Positions 12,401 to 27,045 of a stretch of DNA of 64,000 nucleotides are shown here, piece after piece. Below the pieces are notes generated by a model. It was not told the origin of the DNA and searched no databases. It saw nothing but the letters and a program-made list of their open reading frames with translations. The first letter of the stretch is position 1; each line of letters starts with the position of its first letter. The position numbers and the translations under genes are program-made. Origin of the DNA: Auanema rhodensis (Eukaryota; Animalia; Nematoda); contig OZ059894.1 in the NCBI GenBank assembly GCA_964057225.1, forward strand, positions 19,902,001-19,966,000, given 5' to 3'.

Positions 12401-15400
12401 GGCAAAGACGATGGACAATGTTATTCAACGAAAAAATCAATTCTTCATAGTGAAAATCGAGGATATAAGTGTGAACTTATATCAGTTGATATCTCGGTGC
12501 ATTTTTAAGCTAGCGCAAATCTGATAACACAGAACGACGCAGCTTAAAAATTCGCATCGAATGCACTATACTACATTGAAAAACGCTTAATACAAAAATT
12601 AGTTATGATCGTTTGAAAAATGATGCATTAGTGTATGTTGAGTTTCCATGTACACTCAACATTGCTTCCAAAAACATTTTGACAAAAATTTTTTCGAAAA
12701 ATTTCGAAATAATTTAGCAAAAAGTAGATGTTTTTAGATTCCTTTTTTCAAGGCAAAGACGATGGACAATGTTATTCAACGAAAAAATTAATTCTTCAGG
12801 GTGAAAATCGAGGATATAAGTGTGAACATATATCAGTTGATATCTCGGTGCATTTTTAAGCTAGCGCAAATCTGATAACACAGAACGACGCAGCTTAAAA
12901 ATTCGCATCAAATGCACTATACTACATTGAAAAACGCTTAATACAAAAATTAGTTATGATCGTTTGAAAAATGATGCATTAGTGTATGTTGAGTTTCCAT
13001 GTACACTCAACATTGCTTCCAAAAACATTTTGACAAAAATTTTTTCGAAAAATTTCGAAATAATTTAGCAAAAAGTAGATGTTTTTAGATTCCATTTTTC
13101 AAGGCAAAGACGATGGACAATGTTATTCAACGAAAAAATCAATTCTTCATAGTGAAAATCGAGGATATAAGTGTGAACTTATATCAGTTGATATCTCGGT
13201 GCATTTTTAAGCTAGCGCAAATCTGATAACACAGAACGACGCAGCTTAAAAATCCGCATCGAATGCACTATACTACATTGAGAAACGCTTAATACAAAAA
13301 TTAGTTATGATCGTTTGAAAAATGATGCATTAGTGTATGTTGAGTTTCCATGTACACTCAACATTGCTTCCAAAAACATTTTGACAAAAATTTTTTCGAG
13401 AAATTTCAAAATAATTTAGCAAAAAGTAGATGTTTTTAGATTCCATTTTTTAAGGCAAAGACGATGGACAATGTTATTCAACAAAAAAATTAATTCTTCA
13501 GGGTGAAAATCGAGGATATAAGTGTGAACTTATATCAGTTGATATCTCGGTGCATTTTTAAGCTAGCGCAAATCTGATAACACAGAACGACGCAGCTTAA
13601 AAATCCGCATCGAATGCACTATACTACATTGAGAAACGCTCAATACAAAAATTAGTTATGATCGTTTGAAAAATGATGCATTAGTGTATGTTGAGTTTCC
13701 ATGTACACTCAACATTGCTTCCAAAAACATTTTGACAAAAATTTTTTCGAAAAATTTCAGAATAATTTAGCAAAAAGTAGATGTTTTTAGATTCCTTTTT
13801 TCAAGGCAAAGACGATGGACAATGTTATTCAACGAAAAAATTAATTCTTCAGGGTGAAAATCGAGGATATAAGTGTGAACTTATATCAGTTGATATCTCG
13901 GTGCATTTTTAAGCTAGCGCAAATCTGATAACACAGATCGACGCAGCTTAAAAATCCGCATCGAATGCACTATACTACATTGAAAAACGCTTAATACAAA
14001 AATTAGTTATGATCGTTTGAAAAATGATGCATTAGTGTATGTTGAGTTTCCATGTACACTCAACATTGCTTCCAAAAACATTTTGACAAAAAGTTTTTCG
14101 AAAAATTTCAAAATAATTTAGCAAAAAGTAGATGTTTTTAGATTCCATTTTTCAAGGCAAAGACGATGGACAATGTTATTCAACGAAAAAATTAATTCTT
14201 CAGGGTGAAAATCGAGGATATAAGTGTGAACTTATATCAGTTGATATCTCGGTGCATTTTTAAGCTAGCGCAAATCTGATAACACAGAACGACGCAGCTT
14301 AAAAATCCGCATCGAATGCACTATACTACATTGAGAAACGCTTAATACAAAAATTAGTTATGATCGTTTGAAAAATGATGCATTAGTGTATGTTGAGTTT
14401 CCATGTACACTCAACATTGCTTCCAAAAACATTTTGACAAAAATTTTTTCGAAAAATTTCAGAATAATTTAGCAAAAAGTAGATGTTTTTAGATTCCTTT
14501 TTTCAAGGCAAAGACGATGGACAATGTTATTCAACGAAAAAATTAATTCTTCAGGGTGAAAATCGAGGATATAAGTGTGAACTTATATCAGTTGATATCT
14601 CGGTGCATTTTTAAGCTAGCGCAAATCTGATAACACAGATCGACGCAGCTTAAAAATCCGCATCGAATGCACTATACTACATTGAAAAACGCTTAATACA
14701 AAAATTAGTTATGATCGTTTGAAAAATGATGCATTAGTGTATGTTGAGTTTCCATGTACACTCAACATTGCTTCCAAAAACATTTTGACAAAAAGTTTTT
14801 CGAAAAATTTCAAAATAATTTAGCAAAAAGTAGATGTTTTTAGATTCCATTTTTCAAGGCAAAGACGATGGACAATGTTATTCAACGAAAAAATTAATTC
14901 TTCAGGGTGAAAATCGAGGATATAAGTGTGAACTTATATCAGTTGATATCTCGGTGCATTTTTAAGCTAGCGCAAATCTGATAACACAGAACGACGCAGC
15001 TTAAAAATCCGCATCGAATGCACTATACTACATTGAGAAACGCTTAATACAAAAATTAGTTATGATCGTTTGAAAAATGATGCATTAGTGTATGTTGAGT
15101 TTCCATGTACACTCAACATTGCTTCCAAAAACATTTTGACAAAAATTTTTTCGAAAAATTTCAGAATAATTTAGCAAAAAGTAGATGTTTTTAGATTCCT
15201 TTTTTCAAGGCAAAGACGATGGACAATGTTATTCAACGAAAAAATTAATTCTTCAGGGTGAAAATCGAGGATATAAGTGTGAACTTATATCAGTTGATAT
15301 ATCGGTGCATTTTTAAGCTAGCGCAAATCTGATAACACAGAACGACGCAGCTTAAAAATTCGCATCGAATGCACTATACTACATTGAAAAACGCTTAATA

Positions 15401-18400
15401 CAAAAATTAGTTATGATCGTTTGAAAAATGATGCATTAGTGTATGTTGAGTTTCCATGTACACTCAACATTGCTTCCAAAAACATTTTGACAAAAATTTT
15501 TTCGAAAAATTTCGAAATAATTTAGCAAAAAGTAGATGTTTTTAGATTCCATTTTTTAAGGCAAAGACGATGGACAATGTTATTCAACAAAAAAATTAAT
15601 TCTTCAGGGTGAAAATCGAGGATATAAGTGTGAACTTATATCAGTTGATATCTCGGTGCATTTTTAAGCTAGCGCAAATCTGATAACACAGAACGACGCA
15701 GCTTAAAAATCCGCATCGAATGCACTATACTACATTGAGAAACGCTCAATACAAAAATTAGTTATGATCGGTTGAAAAATGATGCATTAGTGTATGTTGA
15801 GTTTCCATGTACACTCAACATTGCTTCCAAAAACATTTTGACAAAAATTTTTTCGAAAAATTTCAGAATAATTTAGCAAAAAGTAGATGTTTTTAGATTC
15901 CTTTTTTCAAGGCAAAGACGATGGACATTGTTATTCAACGAAAAAATTAATTCTTCAGGGTGAAAATCGAGGATATAAGTGTGAACTTATATCAGTTGAT
16001 ATCTCGGTGCATTTTTAAGCTAGCGCAAATCTGATAACACAGAACGACGCAGCTTAAAAATTCGCATCGAATGCACTATACTACATTGAAAAACGCTTAA
16101 TACAAAAATTAGTTATGATCGTTTGAAAAATGATGCATTAGTGTATGTTGAGTTTCCATGTACACTCAACATTGCTTCCAAAAACATTTTGACAAAAATT
16201 TTTTCGAAAAATTTCGAAATAATTTAGCAAAAAGTAGATGTTTTTAGATTCCTTTTTTCAAGGCAAAGACGATGGACAATGTTATTCAACGAAAAAATTA
16301 ATTCTTCAGGGTGAAAATCGAGGATATAAGTGTGAACATATATCAGTTGATATCTCGGTGCATTTTTAAGCTAGCGCAAATCTGATAACACAGAACGACG
16401 CAGCTTAAAAATTCGCATCGAATGCACTATACTACATTGAAAAACGCTTAATACAAAAATTAGTTATGATCGTTTGAAAAATGATGCATTAGTGTATGTT
16501 GAGTTTCCATGTACACTCAACATTGCTTCCAAAAACATTTTGACAAAAATTTTTTCGAAAAATTTCGAAATAATTTAGCAAAAAGTAGATGTTTTTAGAT
16601 TCCATTTTTCAAGGCAAAGACGATGGACAATGTTATTCAACGAAAAAATCAATTCTTCATAGTGAAAATCGAGGATATAAGTGTGAACTTATATCAGTTG
16701 ATATCTCGGTGCATTTTTAAGCTAGCGCAAATCTGATAACACAGAACGACGCAGCTTAAAAATCCGCATCGAATGCACTATACTACATTGAGAAACGCTT
16801 AATACAAAAATTAGTTATGATCGTTTGAAAAATGATGCATTAGTGTATGTTGAGTTTCCATGTACACTCAACATTGCTTCCAAAAACATTTTGACAAAAA
16901 TTTTTTCGAAAAATTTCGAAATAATTTAGCAAAAAGTAGATGTTTTTAGATTCCATTTTTCAAGGCAAAGACGATGGACAATGTTATTCAACGAAAAAAT
17001 CAATTCTTCATAGTGAAAATCGAGGATATAAGTGTGAACTTATATCAGTTGATATCTCGGTGCATTTTTAAGCTAGCGCAAATCTGATAACACAGAACGA
17101 CGCAGCTTAAAAATCCGCATCGAATGCACTATACTACATTGAGAAACGCTTAATACAAAAATTAGTTATGATCGTTTGAAAAATGATGCATTAGTGTATG
17201 TTGAGTTTCCATGTACACTCAACATTGCTTCCAAAAACATTTTGACAAAAATTTTTTCGAGAAATTTCAAAATAATTTAGCAAAAAGTAGATGTTTTTAG
17301 ATTCCATTTTTTAAGGCAAAGACGATGGACATTGTTATTCAACAAAAAAATTAATTCTTCAGGGTGAAAATCGAGGATATAAGTGTGAACTTATATCAGT
17401 TGATATCTCGGTGCATTTTTAAGCTAGCGCAAATCTGATAACACAGAACGACGCAGCTTAAAAATCCGCATCGAATGCACTATACTACATTGAGAAACGC
17501 TCAATACAAAAATTAGTTATGATCGTTTGAAAAATGATGCATTAGTGTATGTTGAGTTTCCATGTACACTCAACATTGCTTCCAAAAACATTTTGACAAA
17601 AATTTTTTCAAAAAATTTCAGAATAATTTAGCAAAAAGTAGATGTTTTTAGATTCCTTTTTTCAAGGCAAAGACGATGGACAATGTTATTCAACGAAAAA
17701 ATTAATTCTTCAGGGTGAAAATCGAGGATATAAGTGTGAACTTATATCAGTTGATATCTCGGTGCATTTTTAAGCTAGCGCAAATCTGATAACACAGATC
17801 GACGCAGCTTAAAAATCCGCATCGAATGCACTATACTACATTGAAAAACGCTTAATACAAAAATTAGTTATGATCGTTTGAAAAATGATGCATTAGTGTA
17901 TGTTGAGTTTCCATGTACACTCAACATTGCTTCCAAAAACATTTTGACAAAAAGTTTTTCGAAAAATTTCAAAATAATTTAGCAAAAAGTAGATGTTTTT
18001 AGATTCCATTTTTCAAGGCAAAGACGATGGACAATGTTATTCAACGAAAAAATCAATTCTTCATAGTGAAAATCGAGGATATAAGTGTGAACTTATATCA
18101 GTTGATATCTCGGTGCATTTTTAAGCTAGCGCAAATCTGATAACACAGAACGACGCAGCTTAAAAATCCGCATCGAATGCACTATACTACATTAAGAAAC
18201 GCTTAATACAAAAATTAGTTATGATCGTTTGAAAAATGATGCATTAGTGTATGTTGAGTTTCCATGTACACTCAACATTGCTTCCAAAAACATTTTGACA
18301 AAAATTTTTTCGAAAAATTTCAAAATAATTTAGCAAAAAGTAGATGTTTTTGGATTCCTTTTTTCAAGGCAAAGACGATGGACAATGTTATTCAACGAAA

Positions 18401-21377
18401 AAATCAATTCTTCATAGTGAAAATCGAGGATATAAGTGTGAACTTATATCAGTTGATATCTCGGTGCATTTTTAAGCTAGCGCAAATCTGATAACACAGA
18501 ACGACGCAGCTTAAAAATCCGCATCGAATGCACTATACTACATTGAGAAACGCTTAATACAAAAATTAGTTATGATCGTTTGAAAAATGATGCATTAGTG
18601 TATGTTGAGTTTCCATGTACACTCAACATTGCTTCCAAAAACATTTTGACAAAAATTTTTTCGAGAAATTTCAAAATAATTTAGCAAAAAGTAGATGTTT
18701 TTAGATTCCATTTTTTAAGGCAAAGACGATGGACAATGTTATTCAACAAAAAAATTAATTCTTCAGGGTGAAAATCGAGGATATAAGTGTGAACTTATAT
18801 CAGTTGATATCTCGGTGCATTTTTAAGCTAGCGCAAATCTGATAACACAGAACGACGCAGCTTAAAAATCCGCATCGAATGCACTATACTACATTGAGAA
18901 ACGCTCAATACAAAAATTAGTTATGATCGTTTGAAAAATGATGCATTAGTGTATGTTGAGTTTCCATGTACACTCAACATTGCTTCCAAAAACATTTTGA
19001 CAAAAATTTTTTCGAAAAATTTCAGAATAATTTAGCAAAAAGTAGATGTTTTTAGATTCCTTTTTTCAAGGCAAAGACGATGGACAATGTTATTCAACGA
19101 AAAAATTAATTCTTCAGGGTGAAAATCGAGGATATAAGTGTGAACTTATATCAGTTGATATCTCGGTGCATTTTTAAGCTAGCGCAAATCTGATAACACA
19201 GATCGACGCAGCTTAAAAATCCGCATCGAATGCACTATACTACATTGAAAAACGCTTAATACAAAAATTAGTTATGATCGTTTGAAAAATGATGCATTAG
19301 TGTATGTTGAGTTTCCATGTACACTCAACATTGCTTCCAAAAACATTTTGACAAAAAGTTTTTCGAAAAATTTCAAAATAATTTAGCAAAAAGTAGATGT
19401 TTTTAGATTCCATTTTTCAAGGCAAAGACGATGGACAATGTTATTCAACGAAAAAATTAATTCTTCAGGGTGAAAATCGAGGATATAAGTGTGAACTTAT
19501 ATCAGTTGATATCTCGGTGCATTTTTAAGCTAGCGCAAATCTGATAACACAGAACGACGCAGCTTAAAAATCCGCATCGAATGCACTATACTACATTGAG
19601 AAACGCTTAATACAAAAATTAGTTATGATCGTTTGAAAAATGATGCATTAGTGTATGTTGAGTTTCCATGTACACTCAACATTGCTTCCAAAAACATTTT
19701 GACAAAAATTTTTTCGAAAAATTTCAGAATAATTTAGCAAAAAGTAGATGTTTTTAGATTCCTTTTTTCAAGGCAAAGACGATGGACAATGTTATTCAAC
19801 GAAAAAATGAATTCTTCAGGGTGAAAATCGAGGATATAAGTGTGAACTTATATCAGTTGATATATCGGTGCATTTTTAAGCTAGCGCAAATCTGATAACA
19901 CAGAACGACGCAGCTTAAAAATTCGCATCGAATGCACTATACTACATTGAAAAACGCTTAATACAAAAATTAGTTATGATCGTTTGAAAAATGATGCATT
20001 AGTGTATGTTGTGTTTCCATGTACACTCAACATTGCTTCCAAAAACATTTTGACAAAAATTTTTTCGAAAAATTTCGAAATAATTTAGCAAAAAGTAGAT
20101 GTTTTTAGATTCCATTTTTCAAGGCAAAGACGATGGGCAATGTTATTCAACGAAAAAATCAATTCTTCAGGGTGAAAATCGAGGATATAAGTGTTAACTT
20201 ATATCAGTTGATATCTCGGTGCATTTTTAAGCTAGCGCAAATCTGATAACACAGAACGACGCAGCTTAAAAATCCGCATCGAATGCACTATACTACATTG
20301 AGAAACGCTTAATACAAAAATTAGTTATGATCGTTTGAAAAATGATGCATTAGTGTATGTTGAGTTTCCATGTACACTCAACATTGCTTCCAAAAACATT
20401 TTGACAAAAATTTTTTCGAGAAATTTCAAAATAATTTAGCAAAAAGTAGATGTTTTTAGATTCCTTTTTTCAAGGCAAAGACGATGGACAATGTTATTCA
20501 ACGAAAAAATTAATTCTTCAGGGTGAAAATCGAGGATATAAGTGTGAACTTATATCAGTTGATATCTCGGTGCATTTTTAAGCTAGCGCAAATCTGATAA
20601 CACAGATCGACGCAGCTTAAAAATCCGCATCGAATGCACTATACTACATTGAGAAACGCTTAATACAAAAATTAGTTATGATCGTTTGAAAAATGATGCA
20701 TTAGTGTATGTTGAGTTTCCATGTACACTCAACATTGCTTCCAAAAACATTTTGACAAAAATTTTTTCGAAAAATTTCAGAATAATTTAGCAAAAAGTAG
20801 ATGTTTTTAGATTCCATTTTTCAAGGCAAAGACGATGGACAATGTTATTCAACGAAAAAATTAATTCTTCAGGGTGAAAATCGAGGATATAAGTGTGAAC
20901 TTATATCAGTTGATATCTCGGTGCATTTTTAAGCTAGCGCAAATCTGATAACACAGAACGACGCAGCTTAAAAATCCGCATCGAATGCACTATACTACAT
21001 TGAGAAACGCTTGATACAAAAATTAGTTATGATCGTTTGAAAAATGATGCATTAGTGTATGTTGAGTTTCCATGTACACTCAACATTGCTTCCAAAAACA
21101 TTTTGACAAAAATTTTTTCGAGAAATTTCAAAATAATTTAGCAAAAAGTAGATGTTTTTAGATTCCATTTTTTAAGGCAAAGACGATGGACAATGTTATT
21201 CAACGAAAAAATTAATTCTTCAGGGTGAAAATCGAGGATATAAGTGTGAACTTATATCAGTTGATATCTCGGTGCATTTTTAAGCTAGCGCAAATCTGAT
21301 AACACAGAACGACGCAGCTTAAAAATCCGCATCGAATGCACTATACTACATTGAGAAACGCTTAATACAAAAATTAG

Positions 21378-21413
21378 TTATGATCGTTTGAAAAATTATG
21401 ATTGTTTGAAAAA
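21378..21413. repeat. 18-bp tandem duplication giving one 369-bp monomer
   Basis: TTATGATCGTTTGAAAAA TTATGATTGTTTGAAAAA; the downstream monomer register is shifted by +18. Confidence 0.95.
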
Positions 21414-24400
21414 TGATGCGTTAGTGTATGTTGAGTTTCCATGTACACTCAACATTGCTTCCAAAAACATTTTGACAAAAATTTTTTCGAAAAATTTCAA
21501 AATAATTTAGCAAAAAGTAGATGTTTTTAGATTCCATTTTTCAAGGCAAAGACGATGGACAATGTTATTCAACGAAAAAATTAATTCTTCAGGGTGAAAA
21601 TCGAGGATATAAGTGTGAACTTATATCAGTTGATATCTCGGTGCATTTTTAAGCTAGCGCAAATCTGATAACACAGATCGACGCAGCTTAAAAATCCGCA
21701 TCGAATGCACTATACTACATTGAGAAACGCTTAATACAAAAATTAGTTATGATCGTTTGAAAAATGATGCATTAGTGTATGTTGAGTTTCCATGTACACT
21801 CAACATTGCTTCCAAAAACATTTTAACAAAAATTTTTTCGAGAAATTTCAAAATAATTTAGCAAAAAGTAGATGTTTTTAGATTCCTTTTTTCAAGGCAA
21901 AGACGATGGACAATGTTATTCAACGAAAAAATTAATTCTTCAGGGTGAAAATCGAGGATATAAGTGTGAACTTATATCAGTTGATATCTCGGTGCATTTT
22001 TAAGCTAGCGCAAATCTGATAACACAGATCGACGCAGCTTAAAAATCCGCATCGAATGCACTATACTACATTGAGAAACGCTTAATACAAAAATTAGTTA
22101 TGATCGTTTGAAAAATGATGCATTAGTGTATGTTGAGTTTCCATGTACACTCAACATTGCTTCCAAAAACATTTTGACAAAAATTTTTTCGAAAAATTTC
22201 AGAATAATTTAGCAAAAAGTAGATGTTTTTAGATTCCATTTTTCAAGGCAAAGACGATGGACAATGTTATTCAACGAAAAAATTAATTCTTCAGGGTGAA
22301 AATCGAGGATATAAGTGTGAACTTATATCAGTTGATATCTCGGTGCATTTTTAAGCTAGCGCAAATCTGATAACACAGATCGACGCAGCTTAAAAATCCG
22401 CATCGAATGCACTATACTACATTGAGAAACGCTTAATACAAAAATTAGTTATGATTGTTTGAAAAATGATGCGTTAGTGTATGTTGAGTTTCCATGTACA
22501 CTCAACATTGCTTCCAAAAACATTTTGACAAAAATTTTTTCGAAAAATTTCAGAATAATTTAGCAAAAAGTAGATGTTTTTAGATTCCATTTTTCAAGGC
22601 AAAGACGATGGACAATGTTATTCAACGAAAAAATTAATTCTTCAGGGTGAAAATCGAGGATATAAGTGTGAACTTATATCAGTTGATATCTCGGTGCATT
22701 TTTAAGCTAGCGCAAATCTGATAACACAGATCGACGCAGCTTAAAAATCCGCATCGAATGCACTATACTACATTGAGAAACGCTTAATACAAAAATTAGT
22801 TATGATTGTTTGAAAAATGATGCGTTAGTGTATGTTGAGTTTCCATGTACACTCAACATTGCTTCCAAAAACATTTTGACAAAAATTTTTTCGAAAAATT
22901 TCAAAATAATTTAGCAAAAAGTAGATGTTTTTAGATTCCATTTTTTAAGGCAAAGACGATGGACAATGTTATTCAACGAAAAAATTAATTCTTCAGGGTG
23001 AAAATCGAGGATATAAGTGTGAACTTATATCAGTTGATATCTCGGTGCATTTTGAAGCTAGCGCAAATCTGATAACACAGAACGACGCAGCTTAAAAATT
23101 CGCATCGAATGCACTATACTACATTGAAAAACGCTTAATACAAAAATTAGTTATGATCGTTTGAAAAATGATGCATTAGTGTATGTTGAGTTTCCATGTA
23201 CACTCAACATTGCTTCCAAAAACATTTTGACAAAAATTTTTTCGAAAAATTTCGAAATAATTTAGCAAAAAGTAGATGTTTTTAGATTCCATTTTTCAAG
23301 GCAAAGACGATGGACAATGTTATTCAACGAAAAAATCAATTCTTCAGGGTGAAAATCGAGGATATAAGTGTGAACTTATATCAGTTGATATCTCGGTGCG
23401 TTTTTAAGCTAGCGCAAATCTGATAACACAGAACGACGCAGCTTAAAAATCCGCATCGAATGCACTATACTACATTGAGAAACGCTTAATACAAAAATTA
23501 GTTATGATCGTTTGAAAAATGATGCATTAGTGTATGTTGAGTTTCCATGTACACTCAACATTGCTTCCAAAAACATTTTGACAAAAATTTTTTCGAAAAA
23601 TTTCAGAATAATTGAGCAAAAAGTAAATGTTTTTAGATTCCATTTTTCAAGGCAAAGACGATGGACAATGTTATTCAACGAAAAAATTAATTCTTCAGGG
23701 TGAAAATCGAGGATATAAGTGTGAACTTATATCAGTTGATATCTCGGTGCATTTTTAAGCTAGCGCAAATCTGATAACACAGATCGACGCAGCTTAAAAA
23801 TCCGCATCGAATGCACTATACTACATTGAGAAACGCTTAATACAAAAATAAGTTATGATCGTTTGAAAAATGATGCATTAGTGTATGTTGAGTTTCCATG
23901 TACACTCAACATTGCTTCCAAAAACATTTTGACAAAAATTTTTTCGAAAAATTTCAGAATAGTTTAGCAAATAGTAGATGTTTTTAGATTCCACATTTCA
24001 AGGCAAAGACGATGGACAATGTTATTCAACGAAAAAATTAATTCTTCAGGGTGAAAATCGAGGATATAAGTGTGAACTTATATCAGTTGATATCTCGGTG
24101 CATTTTTAAGCTAGCGCAAATCTGATAACACAGATCGACGCAGCTTAAAAATCCGCATCGAATGCACTATACTACATTGAGAAACGCTTAATACAAAAAT
24201 TAGTTATGATCGTTTGAAAAATGATGCATTAGTGTATGTTGAGTTTCCATGTACACTCAACATTGCTTCCAAAAACATTTTGACAAAAATTTTTTCGAAA
24301 AATTTCAGAATAATTTAGCAAAAAGTAGATGTTTTTAGATTCCATTTTTCAAGGCAAAGACGATGGACAATGTTATTCAACGAAAAAATTAATTCTTCAG

Positions 24401-27045
24401 GGTGAAAATCGAGGATATAAGTGTGAACTTATATCAGTTGATATCTCGGTGCATTTTTAAGCTAGCGCAAATCTGATAACACAGATCGACGCAGCTTAAA
24501 AATCCGCATCGAATGCACTATACTACATTGAAAAACGCTTAATACAAAAATTAGTTATGATCGTTTGAAAAATGATGCATTAGTGTATGTTGAGTTTCCA
24601 TGTACACTCAACATTGCTTCCAAAAACATTTTGACAAAAAGTTTTTCGAAAAATTTCAAAATAATTTAGCAAAAAGTAGATGTTTTTAGATTCCATTTTT
24701 CAAGGCAAAGACGATGGACAATGTTATTCAACGAAAAAATTAATTCTTCAGGGTGAAAATCGAGGATATAAGTGTGAACTTATATCAGTTGATATCTCGG
24801 TGCATTTTTAAGCTAGCGCAAATCTGATAACACAGAACGACGCAGCTTAAAAATCCGCATCGAATGCACTATACTACATTGAGAAACGCTTAATACAAAA
24901 ATTAGTTATGATCGTTTGAAAAATGATGCATTAGTGTATGTTGAGTTTCCATGTACACTCAACATTGCTTCCAAAAACATTTTGACAAAAATTTTTTCGA
25001 GAAATTTCAAAATAATTTAGCAAAAAGTAGATGTTTTTAGATTCCTTTTTTCAAGGCGAAGACGATGGACAATGTTATTCAACGAAAAAATTAATTCTTC
25101 AGGGTGAAAATCGAGGATATAAGTGTGAACTTATATCAGTTGATATCTCGGTGCATTTTTAAGCTAGCGCAAATCTGATAACACAGAACGACGCAGCTTA
25201 AAAATCCGCATCGAATGCACTATACTACATTGAGAAACGCTTAATACAAAAATTAGTTATGATCGTTTGAAAAATGATGCATTAGTGTATGTTGAGTTTC
25301 CATGTACACTCAACATTGCTTCCAAAAACATTTTGACAAAAATTTTTTCGAGAAATTTCAAAATAATTTAGCAAAAAGTAGATGTTTTTAGATTCCTTTT
25401 TTCAAGGCGAAAACGATGGACAATGTTATTCAACGAAAAAATTAATTCTTCAGGGTGAAAATCGAGGATATAAGTGTGAACTTATATCAGTTGATATCTC
25501 GGTGCATTTTTAAGCTAGCGCAAATCTGATAACACAGAACGACGCAGCTTAAAAATCCGCATCGAATGCACTATACTACATTGAGAAACGCTTAATACAA
25601 AAATTAGTTATGATCGTTTGAAAAATGATGCATTAGTGTATGTTGAGTTTCCATGTACACTCAACATTGCTTCCAAAAACATTTTGACAAAAATTTTTTC
25701 GAGAAATTTCAAAATAATTTAGCAAAAAGTAGATGTTTTTAGATTCCATTTTTTAAGGCAAAGACGATGGACAATGTTATTCAACGAAAAAATTAATTCT
25801 TCAGGGTGAAAATCGAGGATATAAGTGTGAACTTATATCAGTTGATATCTCGGTGCATTTTTAAGCTAGCGCAAATCTGATAACACAGAACGACGCAGCT
25901 TAAAAATCCGCATCGAATGCACTATACTACATTGAGAAACGCTTAATACAAAAATTAGTTATGATCGTTTGAAAAATGATGCATTAGTGTATGTTGAGTT
26001 TCCATGTACACTCAACATTGCTTCCAAAAACATTTTGACAAAAATTTTTTCGAGAAATTTCAAAATAATTTAGCAAAAAGTAGATGTTTTTAGATTCCTT
26101 TTTTCAAGGCAAAGACGATGGACAATGTTATTCAACGAAAAAATTAATTCTTCAGGGTGAAAATCGAGGATATAAGTGTGAACTTATATCAGTTGATATC
26201 TCGGTGCATTTTTAAGCTAGCGCAAATCTGATAACACAGATCGACGCAGCTTAAAAATCCGCATCGAATGCACTATACTACATTGAGAAACGCTTAATAC
26301 AAAAATTAGTTATGATCGTTTGAAAAATGATGCATTAGTGTATGTTGAGTTTCCATGTACACTCAACATTGCTTCCAAAAACATTTTGACAAAAATTTTT
26401 TCGAAAAATTTCAAAATAATTTAGCAAAAAGTAGATGTTTTTAGATTCCATTTTTTAAGGCAAAGACGATGGACAATGTTATTCAACGAAAAAATTAATT
26501 CTTCAGGGTGAAAATCGAGGATATAAGTGTGAACTTATATCAGTTGATATCTCGGTGCATTTTTAAGCTAGCGCAAATCTGATAACACAGAACGACGCAG
26601 CTTAAAAATTCGCATCGAATGCACTATACTACATTGAAAAACGCTTAATACAAAAATTAGTTATGATCGTTTGAAAAATGATGCATTAGTGTATGTTGAG
26701 TTTCCATGTACACTCAACATTGCTTCCAAAAACATTTTGACAAAAATTTTTTCGAAAAATTTCGAAATAATTTAGCAAAAAGTAGATGTTTTTAGATTCC
26801 ATTTTTCAAGGCAAAGACGATGGACAATGTTATTCAACGAAAAAATCAATTCTTCAGGGTGAAAATCGAGGATATAAGTGTGAACTTATATCAGTTGATA
26901 TCTCGGTGCGTTTTTAAGCTAGCGCAAATCTGATAACACAGAACGACGCAGCTTAAAAATCCGCATCGAATGCACTATACTACATTGAGAAACGCTTAAT
27001 ACAAAAATTAGTTATGATCGTTTGAAAAATGATGCATTAGTGTAT

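Noticed and set aside
18264-18491. 75-aa ORF
   Set aside because: It exists only because two SNPs remove stops (TAG>TGG and TAA>CAA) in one monomer. The same frame is closed in the other copies and I recognise no domain.
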